This document shows, in pieces, positions 1 to 4,705 of a DNA stretch of 5,455 nt (position 1 is the stretch's first letter; each line of letters begins with the position of its first letter). The DNA is taken from the IMG/VR virus record IMGVR_UViG_3300045988_000071, positions 1 through 5,455 of that record. The stretch is one strand, 5' to 3'. Below the pieces are notes generated by a model. The model saw nothing but the letters and a program-made list of their open reading frames with translations, was not told the origin of the DNA and searched no databases. This DNA comes from a virus. The translations under genes and the position numbers were made by a program.

Positions 1-99
1 GCCTATCGAAGTCAAAAACAAATGGGACAACGACGTGGAAAAGTACGTCATGGCCTACGGCACAGCAGAATGGGCCGATAAAATGGGCCTGCTGAAAGA
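1..99. repeat. Terminal direct repeat, copy 1: 99 nt identical to 5357..5455, the signature of a circular 5,356-nt genome
   Basis: Base-by-base comparison by eye: gcctatcgaagtcaaaaacaaatggg...gggcctgctgaaaga occurs at both window ends with no mismatch. Confidence 0.97.
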
Positions 100-148
100 A
101 GAAAAGCCAGCTGAAAACACGACAGAGAAAAAGGAGACAGCAGAGTGA
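2..148 (+). CDS. VP3: 3' end of the internal scaffolding protein VP3 gene. It is 5'-truncated by the window start and is the same gene as 5028..5455 continued across the circular junction.
   Basis: The frame starting at base 2 reads PIEVKNKWDNDVEKYVMAYGTAEWADKMGLLKEEKPAENTTEKKETAE then TGA at 146-148. Bases 2-99 duplicate 5358-5455 in the same frame. The stop overlaps the VP1 GTG start (GTGA). Confidence 0.85.
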   Translation, partial: PIEVKNKWDNDVEKYVMAYGTAEWADKMGLLKEEKPAENTTEKKETAE

Positions 149-1797
149 ACCGCAACAGTGAATACAACTTTGCACAGAATCCACAGGTAGGAGTAAGCCG
201 AAGCAGATTCCAGCGCAACAGTGACAACAAAACCACCTTTAACACCGGCGAACTCATCCCGATTTATCTGGATGAGGTATTACCCGGAGATACGCACGAA
301 ATCGACATGGCCTGTGTCATGCGTATGGCAACACCCATCTTTCCCGTGATGGACAACGCTTTCTGCGACTTTTACTTCTTCTTCGTCCCCAATCGGCTAC
401 TCTGGGAACACTGGAAGGAGTTTATGGGGGAAAACAAGGAAACCGCATGGACGCCTAAAACAGAATACAGCATCCCGCAGGTCACAGCACCTGCAGAAGG
501 TTGGGCAGAAGGAACTTTGGCAGACTATCTTGGTCTGCCTACCAAAGTAAAGAAAATAAGCGTGAGCGCTCTGCCGGGCCGAGCCTATGGCCTTATCTAC
601 AACGAGTGGTTTCGAAACCAAAACGTCACACAGCCGACTCTCGTAGAGGTGACGGACGCGACCACGACCGGCAAAAACGACGGCAGTAATACCAACGACA
701 GCGCAATCACGTTGGCAAAGCCTCTTAAGGCGGCAAAGGTGTTCGACTACTACACCGGGGCGCTGCCAGAACCTCAGAAAGGCGAGCCAATTACAATCCC
801 GATAACGGGGAGCGCGCCAATCGGATTATATAACACCGCCACAGGAGACGTGACAACCAATTCAGCCAAGATGAAAGAAATCTTCACCGATGCAGGGCTT
901 ATCGCAACAAATGGGGCATATCAAGCGAGTTACTGGGATCCGGGCGACGGGCCAACAGCAAACAAAGGCTTAGCGGTGGGAAATACAGCCGGCAGCATCT
1001 ACAGGGGAGTAGCCCTCGGCGCAGACCTATCAAGCGTAAATGCAACAACCATCAACCAGCTGCGACAGGCATTCCAAATCCAGAAACTGTTGGAAAAGGA
1101 TGCACGAGGTGGCACGAGATACCGCGAGGTATTGCGTGAGCACTTTGGAGTCATCTCACCCGACAGCCGAATGCAAATTCCGGAGTATCTGGGCGGATAC
1201 AGGCTGCCTATCAACGTGTCACAGGTTATCCAGACCTCTTCGACCGACAACACAAGCCCGCAGGGCAACACGGCGGCGCTGAGTGTGACCACGATGAATA
1301 AACCTATGTTTACTAAGTCCTTTACGGAACACGGCTTTATCATGGGTCTAGCCGTTGTCCGTACTGACCAGACGTACCAGCAAGGTATCGACCGCATGTG
1401 GAGTCGTAAAGGCCGGTACGACTACTATTGGCCGGTACTGGCGAACATCGGCGAGCAAGCAATTCTGAACAAAGAAATCTATGCAGAAGGAAACCCAAAT
1501 GACGACATGGCATTTGGATACCAAGAAGCATGGGCCGATTACAGATACAAGCCAAGCAAAGTAACGGGCCTGTTCAGAAGCAACGCAACGCAAAGCCTCG
1601 ACGCATGGCACTATGCACAAGACTACAAATCCCTGCCATTCCTCGGAACGCAATGGATGGAGCAGAGCGACACCGAAATGAAGCGGACGTTAGCGGTACA
1701 GAACCAGCCGGACTTTATCGCTGACTTCTACTTTATGAACAAAACAACGCGATGCATGCCGGTCTACAGTATTCCGGGACTCATCGACCATCATTAA
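145..1797 (+). CDS. VP1: Major capsid protein VP1 (Microviridae F/VP1 family, gokushovirus type)
   Basis: 550-aa ORF. GTG 145 is the only start codon after the in-frame TGA at 112-114 and follows AAGGAG (131-136) with an 8-nt spacer. Recalled family motifs: SRSRF, TTFNTGELIPIYLDEVLPGDT, DYYTGALPEPQKG, TINQLRQAFQIQKLLEKDARGGTRYREVLREHFGVISPDSRMQIPEYLGG. Confidence 0.95.
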   Translation: MNRNSEYNFAQNPQVGVSRSRFQRNSDNKTTFNTGELIPIYLDEVLPGDTHEIDMACVMRMATPIFPVMDNAFCDFYFFFVPNRLLWEHWKEFMGENKETAWTPKTEYSIPQVTAPAEGWAEGTLADYLGLPTKVKKISVSALPGRAYGLIYNEWFRNQNVTQPTLVEVTDATTTGKNDGSNTNDSAITLAKPLKAAKVFDYYTGALPEPQKGEPITIPITGSAPIGLYNTATGDVTTNSAKMKEIFTDAGLIATNGAYQASYWDPGDGPTANKGLAVGNTAGSIYRGVALGADLSSVNATTINQLRQAFQIQKLLEKDARGGTRYREVLREHFGVISPDSRMQIPEYLGGYRLPINVSQVIQTSSTDNTSPQGNTAALSVTTMNKPMFTKSFTEHGFIMGLAVVRTDQTYQQGIDRMWSRKGRYDYYWPVLANIGEQAILNKEIYAEGNPNDDMAFGYQEAWADYRYKPSKVTGLFRSNATQSLDAWHYAQDYKSLPFLGTQWMEQSDTEMKRTLAVQNQPDFIADFYFMNKTTRCMPVYSIPGLIDHH

Positions 1798-1839
1798 AAC
1801 CAGCAAAATGACCAAAAAAACCATAACACAAAGGAGGAC

Positions 1840-1864
1840 GCCGGGGCAAAACCCGGCTGTTTTA
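1840..1864 (+). terminator. Candidate weak intrinsic terminator/attenuator between VP1 and VP2
   Basis: All-GC 6-bp stem gccggg (1840-1845) / cccggc (1852-1857), loop gcaaaa, followed by tgtttta (1858-1864). It lies 43 nt after the VP1 stop. Confidence 0.45.
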
Positions 1865-1868
1865 GTAT

Positions 1869-2672
1869 ATGTCAATTTTAGCAGCGTTAGCAACAGGCGC
1901 AAAATTACTGAGTGGCGTGAGCACACTCATAAACGCCGGAACGGGCATATTCAACGCACTCAAAGGCACATCCGGCAGCGGAGCAACAAGCTCAAGCGGA
2001 TACCAGACAAGCCAAGGCGCAAGCGGGTCAACAATGACCGGTGAAAGCGGCGTCAATATGGAACAAACGCAAGAGCTTGCAAAATACTTTCTTGGGCAAA
2101 GCCAGCAAGCACAGGGAATGCAGAGTCAGCAAAACAATAAGAACAGCCTCTTGGCTCTGGGCTTAAACACTCTGGGAGCTATCCAGCAGGGCGTTTATAA
2201 TCGCATCCAGCAGGATGCAGCTATGTCCTACAACTCGGCAGAGGCAGCAGCCAACAGGGCATGGCAGGAAAGGATGAGTAATACAAGTTACCAAAGAGCA
2301 ATGGCCGACATGAAAAAAGCGGGGTTGAATCCAATACTCGCATACCAGCAAGGCGGAGCAAGTACACCGGGCGGAGCACAAGGAACCATTGGACAGAGCA
2401 GCATAAGCGCGCCAAGCGTCGGAACGCAGTCATCAAGTATGCCGACGATCTCCGGATCAGTGGCAAACTACAGCAAAACCAAAGCAGAAAGCTGGTCTTG
2501 GACAGACTCGCACGGAGAGCAGCACAGCAGCGGTTACAACAGCTATCAAACGGACTTCCCGGATTTAAGTCAATGGTTAAACCAAAACAACAACAGCGGC
2601 AAACGAACCGCAACAAGTGGCAAAAGAGATAAAGAAGGATTCGGCGGAAGCAGAGGAGGCAGTTTTAAATGA
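1869..2672 (+). CDS. VP2: Minor capsid / DNA pilot protein VP2
   Basis: 267-aa ORF. The in-frame TAG at 1863-1865 makes ATG 1869 the first possible start. It has a hydrophobic Gly/Ala-rich N-terminus and Q/S/G-rich low-complexity stretches. The conserved gokushovirus VP2 core is present: [22 protein letters not shown]. Confidence 0.9.
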   Translation: MSILAALATGAKLLSGVSTLINAGTGIFNALKGTSGSGATSSSGYQTSQGASGSTMTGESGVNMEQTQELAKYFLGQSQQAQGMQSQQNNKNSLLALGLNTLGAIQQGVYNRIQQDAAMSYNSAEAAANRAWQERMSNTSYQRAMADMKKAGLNPILAYQQGGASTPGGAQGTIGQSSISAPSVGTQSSSMPTISGSVANYSKTKAESWSWTDSHGEQHSSGYNSYQTDFPDLSQWLNQNNNSGKRTATSGKRDKEGFGGSRGGSFK

Positions 2673-3691
2673 GTTGCGCAAGACCACTCATAAGGGTATA
2701 CAATCCAAATGACCACAACATAACAGGATCTATCATGACCTTAGAGACGTACCGCGAAAGAGCGCACGATCCAGCAGCAACGTATGAGAACATCGCATAC
2801 AGAACAGACGTGATGTTACTGCCATGCGGCAAATGTCTAGGCTGTAGACTCAGACAGCGGCAGGACTGGGAAACGCGAATGCTAATGGAGTCAAAAACAC
2901 TGTCGCCAGTATGGTTTTTGACACTAACATGGAGTCAAGAGTATGTGCCGGGCATGGTAAGAGCAACCGGAGAAATCATAAGAGGCGCAAAACACCAGTG
3001 GACGACCGGAGACGCGCCGGAGGTAGTACAAATCCTACTGCAAGAGGACATGGTGCGTTTTAACAAAAGACTGCGCAAAAAGCAAGAAACGTCCGATAAA
3101 TGGGGCTTAGACCTAAGATATTTTTATTGTGGCGAATACGGCGAAAACACGGGCAGACCGCATCACCACGGAATTTATTATGGGTTAGAGATTCCAGACC
3201 TCAAGAAAAAAAGGGGGGATAATCCGTACTTTGAAAGTGAAGAAATAAACAAAATCTGGGGCATGGGCAATGTCATCATTGCAGAGGCATCACCGGAAAC
3301 AATGGCTTATGTGGCAGGATACGTCACCAAAAAGACATATGGCAACGACAACAAAAGATATAGGGAGCTAGGCTTAACGCCGCCTTATTGTTGCATGTCA
3401 AGGAATCCCGGTCTAGGCTACGACTATTACACAAGCCACAAAAAACAGATGTACACAGATGATGGACTATACTTTAACGGCAAAAAAAGACCGATACCAC
3501 GATACTTTGATAAAAAGTACGAAAGTGAGCATCCGGAAGATCTGTGGGAAACGAAACGCAAAAGGCAGTCAAGCGCAATCAACGCGCTAAAGCTCAAAAT
3601 GAGCAATACAGGGCTGACCATCGAACAAGAAGCAAAGGTGGAAGAAGCAACAAAACAACAGAGGTTTAAAAAAGCTAGAGGGCTGTTATAG
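2669..3691 (+). CDS. VP4: Replication initiation protein VP4 (HUH rolling-circle endonuclease)
   Basis: 340-aa ORF. ATG 2669 overlaps the VP2 stop (ATGA) and follows GAGGAGG (2653-2659). Motifs: Cys cluster PCGKCLGCR (res 52-60), motif I FLTLT (nt 2915-2929), HUH-type [11 protein letters not shown] (HHH = nt 3161-3169), and catalytic Tyr motif [11 protein letters not shown] (Y214 nt 3308-3310, Y218 nt 3320-3322). Confidence 0.93.
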   Translation: MSCARPLIRVYNPNDHNITGSIMTLETYRERAHDPAATYENIAYRTDVMLLPCGKCLGCRLRQRQDWETRMLMESKTLSPVWFLTLTWSQEYVPGMVRATGEIIRGAKHQWTTGDAPEVVQILLQEDMVRFNKRLRKKQETSDKWGLDLRYFYCGEYGENTGRPHHHGIYYGLEIPDLKKKRGDNPYFESEEINKIWGMGNVIIAEASPETMAYVAGYVTKKTYGNDNKRYRELGLTPPYCCMSRNPGLGYDYYTSHKKQMYTDDGLYFNGKKRPIPRYFDKKYESEHPEDLWETKRKRQSSAINALKLKMSNTGLTIEQEAKVEEATKQQRFKKARGLL

Positions 3692-3696
3692 TGTCA

Positions 3697-3733
3697 GTGG
3701 GCCTAATCCTATCAAGAGAAGGATTAGGCCCAC
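3697..3733 (+). repeat. Perfect inverted repeat (14-bp stem, 9-nt loop) 6 nt after the VP4 stop
   Basis: gtgggcctaatcct (3697-3710), loop atcaagaga, aggattaggcccac (3720-3733). There is no U-tract downstream, so it is not a canonical intrinsic terminator. Confidence 0.9.
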
Positions 3734-3786
3734 ACCCAAGTTTCACAGCTATCCACGGCTAATTAAAAGCATCATAAAAACAAGAA

Positions 3787-3817
3787 GGGGTCTCCTGTCG
3801 CCACGGGAGACCCCTTT
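3787..3817 (+). terminator. Rho-independent-type terminator candidate at the end of the VP1-VP2-VP4 transcription unit
   Basis: ggggtctcctg (3787-3797) pairs with cgggagacccc (3804-3814): 11 bp including one G-T wobble, loop tcgcca. TTT follows at 3815-3817, and flanking AA/TT can extend the stem. Confidence 0.6.
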
Positions 3818-3877
3818 CGTATACGCACCTCGTAGGGGCTACCGAGGTACGAGGCAGATTATAGGTTCAATCACGCT

Positions 3878-3916
3878 CACGCGCACGCACGCGCGAAACG
3901 CGCACGCACGCGCGTG
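3878..3916. repeat. Duplicated 17-mer acgcgcacgcacgcgcg (3879-3895 and 3898-3914), alternating pyrimidine-purine, also foldable as a 39-nt quasi-palindrome
   Basis: Two exact copies separated by aa. Pairing i with 7794-i gives 7 bp + 2x2 A/C mismatch + 2 bp + 2x2 A/C mismatch + 5 bp around an aaa loop. The palindrome cacgcgcgtg lies at 3907-3916. Confidence 0.9.
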
Positions 3917-3971
3917 TATTCACAAACATCATCTATTGTATATAACTTGTTGTAGCAGTAGTAGTAGGCAC

Positions 3972-4148
3972 TGTGGAAAAGTTGAAAACGATAATAATTC
4001 TTCGTTATCACGTGAAAACTAAGGATTATTCGCAGTTGAAAACTTTGTTGAAAACTCGTTGAAATGTTGAAAGTCTAGCAATATGCACAAAAGTCTTTGT
4101 GCAACATTTTGTGGAAAACCTGTTGAAAGTGTTGAAAGTGTTGAAAAC
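3972..4148 (+). repeat. Iteron-like array of about 11 same-orientation GT(T/G)GAAA(N)(N) 9-mers
   Basis: Copies start at 3973 (gtggaaaag), 3981, 4035, 4047 (gttgaaaac), 4058 (gttgaaatg), 4066 (gttgaaagt), 4111 (gtggaaaac), 4122, 4131 (gttgaaagt) and 4140 (gttgaaaac). A degenerate copy cgtgaaaac is at 4011. Copies at 4122-4148 are three perfectly tandem 9-mers. Confidence 0.85.
4084..4103. repeat. Inverted repeat (8-bp stem, 4-nt loop) centred between the two four-copy iteron clusters
   Basis: tgcacaaa (4084-4091), loop agtc, tttgtgca (4096-4103). Cluster 4035-4074 ends 9 nt upstream (gap 4075-4083) and cluster 4111-4148 starts 7 nt downstream (gap 4104-4110). Confidence 0.8.
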
Positions 4149-4186
4149 TATTAAAGGCCGTCCGGCGAGCGAAACCGGAAAGTCAC

Positions 4187-4226
4187 GTCATGCTCTTCGC
4201 ACGGCGCACCGCGCCTAGCGCATGAC
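4187..4226. repeat. GC-rich nested hairpin (7-bp outer stem, 5-bp inner GC stem)
   Basis: Outer stem gtcatgc (4187-4193) / gcatgac (4220-4226). Inner stem ggcgc (4203-4207) / gcgcc (4211-4215), loop acc. A further small hairpin tccgg (4161-4165) / ccgga (4175-4179) lies just upstream. Confidence 0.6.
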
Positions 4227-4231
4227 CTATC

Positions 4232-4251
4232 AAAAAACTGTAAAAAACTGT
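4232..4251 (+). repeat. Tandem 10-mer aaaaaactgt x2 (helically phased A6 tracts) directly abutting the promoter -35
   Basis: Exact copies at 4232-4241 and 4242-4251, with a 10-nt period. Confidence 0.9.
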
Positions 4252-4279
4252 TAACAATCCCCAAAAAATATGGCATAAT
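4251..4279 (+). promoter_or_regulatory. Sigma70-type promoter with extended -10, candidate main promoter for the small-gene cassette and capsid genes
   Basis: -35 TTAACA (4251-4256), 17-nt spacer, TGg extended element (4271-4273), -10 CATAAT (4274-4279). A-tract UP-like sequence lies upstream. The first gene starts at 4374 with AAGGAG at 4359-4364. Confidence 0.55.
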
Positions 4280-4373
4280 TAAGTAAACCAAAGAAAGGAA
4301 GGCAGCAAAAAAGAATTAAAAAAGCCGATGAAGACTGGGAAGACTGCGAAACAATATAAAGGAGACAAAAACA

Positions 4374-4580
4374 ATGGACAACCGCGCATACTACGAGCTA
4401 TACAAAGGATACAGAGGACCAAAAACAGAGGATGAATATGAATACACCATCAAAAAGCTTTACAGACAGCTCAAAAAAACGTATACTGTAGATGAAGCGA
4501 AAGCCATCATAGACGAAATATACAAATACAAAAACCAAAAGGCAGAAATGGAGCTGAACAAATGGCAATCATCGGTTTGA
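4374..4580 (+). CDS. Hypothetical 68-aa protein, Tyr/Lys/Glu-rich, with no family I recognise
   Basis: ORF in track. AAGGAG (4359-4364) lies 9 nt before the ATG. It is the first ORF downstream of the predicted promoter and is on the same strand as all other genes. About 10 Tyr in 68 residues, and no hydrophobic segment. Confidence 0.6.
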   Translation: MDNRAYYELYKGYRGPKTEDEYEYTIKKLYRQLKKTYTVDEAKAIIDEIYKYKNQKAEMELNKWQSSV

Positions 4581-4705
4581 AGGAAGTCAAGAACGCCATC
4601 AAAATCATGATGGAGATCCTGGAAAAGCTGGATGCAATTTACCACGCACTACACGACAAGGAGGACGAAAGCAATGGCAAAACGTACAAAGATGACCAGC
4701 AGTAA
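4562..4705 (+). CDS. Hypothetical 47-aa protein (MAIIGLKEVKNAIKIMMEILEKLDAIYHALHDKEDESNGKTYKDDQQ), not in the ORF track
   Basis: ATG 4562 is preceded by GGAG (4550-4553) with an 8-nt spacer. It overlaps the upstream ORF by 19 nt and the downstream VP8-like ORF by 32 nt, filling the only coding gap in the cassette. Translated by hand, TAA at 4703-4705. Confidence 0.35.
   Translation: MAIIGLKEVKNAIKIMMEILEKLDAIYHALHDKEDESNGKTYKDDQQ

Noticed and set aside
999-1397. Minus-strand ORFs in the track antisense to VP1, VP2 and VP4: 48-257, 397-621, 999-1397, 1340-1555, 1348-1653, 1690-1926, 1862-2056, 2163-2381, 2221-2616, 3427-3621.
   Set aside because: All lie fully antisense to well-supported genes. 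Their composition is Cys/Leu/Arg-rich and looks like frame artefact. I saw no SD before them, and Microviridae express genes from one strand only.
501-1724. Plus-strand alternate-frame ORFs inside VP1 (501-689, 1040-1282, 1530-1724) as possible phiX174-style overprinted genes such as a lysis protein.
   Set aside because: The products are Arg/Ser/Cys-rich with no hydrophobic helix. I saw no SD upstream of their ATGs. An A/G-rich coding strand read off-frame yields such basic ORFs. A conservation test in relatives would be needed to revive this idea.
1808-2044. 78-aa very basic ORF starting in the VP1-VP2 spacer and overlapping the VP2 5' end.
   Set aside because: There is no SD before ATG 1808 and it runs through the terminator-like hairpin. 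Its extreme K/R content is consistent with an off-frame reading of VP2. A bona fide basic packaging protein already exists at 4674-4793.
3861-3880. aggttcaatcac resembles a tRNA T-loop (GGTTCRANYC). The 7-bp stem at 4187/4226 resembles an acceptor stem.
   Set aside because: Flanks of the T-loop-like motif do not form a T-stem (atagg vs acgct). The 4187-4226 element encloses only 26 nt, and no cloverleaf can be drawn.
3930-3960. AACTTG (3945-3950) in an AT-rich stretch resembles the start of the phiX174 30-nt origin (CAACTTGATATT...). tgtata (3937-3942) resembles the dif central region.
   Set aside because: Only a 6-mer matches the phiX174 origin, with about 0.17 occurrences expected by chance in 682 nt. 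The flanking arms do not match XerC/XerD half-sites (GGTGCGCATAA / TTATGTTAAAT). The same holds for the gcgcatga (4218-4225) and ggcataa (4272-4278) partial matches. There is no support for a dif-like attP.
3958-3967. Short (GTA)3 microsatellite gtagtagtag.
   Set aside because: Three units only, within the range expected by chance, with no evident function.
3981-4146. The many TTGAAA hexamers as -35 promoter elements.
   Set aside because: I checked 16-18 nt downstream of each copy and found no acceptable -10 hexamer (best is tatgca at 4082-4087). The only convincing promoter is at 4251-4279.
3972-4148. CRISPR-array or CRISPR-repeat mimic interpretation of the GTTGAAA(G/C) repeats, which resemble the ATTGAAA(C/G) 3' end / 8-nt crRNA tag of many CRISPR repeats.
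   Set aside because: The units are only 9 nt, with 0-3 nt between adjacent copies inside the clusters (larger gaps only between clusters). There are no 28-37-nt repeats and no unique spacers, so this is not an array. Tag mimicry is conceivable, but nothing in the sequence supports it beyond a 7-nt resemblance.
4328-4435. 35-aa ORF (MKTGKTAKQYKGDKNNGQPRILRAIQRIQRTKNRG) upstream of and overlapping the 68-aa ORF.
   Set aside because: No SD lies in front (aaaaagccg). It overlaps the strong SD and start of the 68-aa ORF in another frame and is probably 5' UTR.
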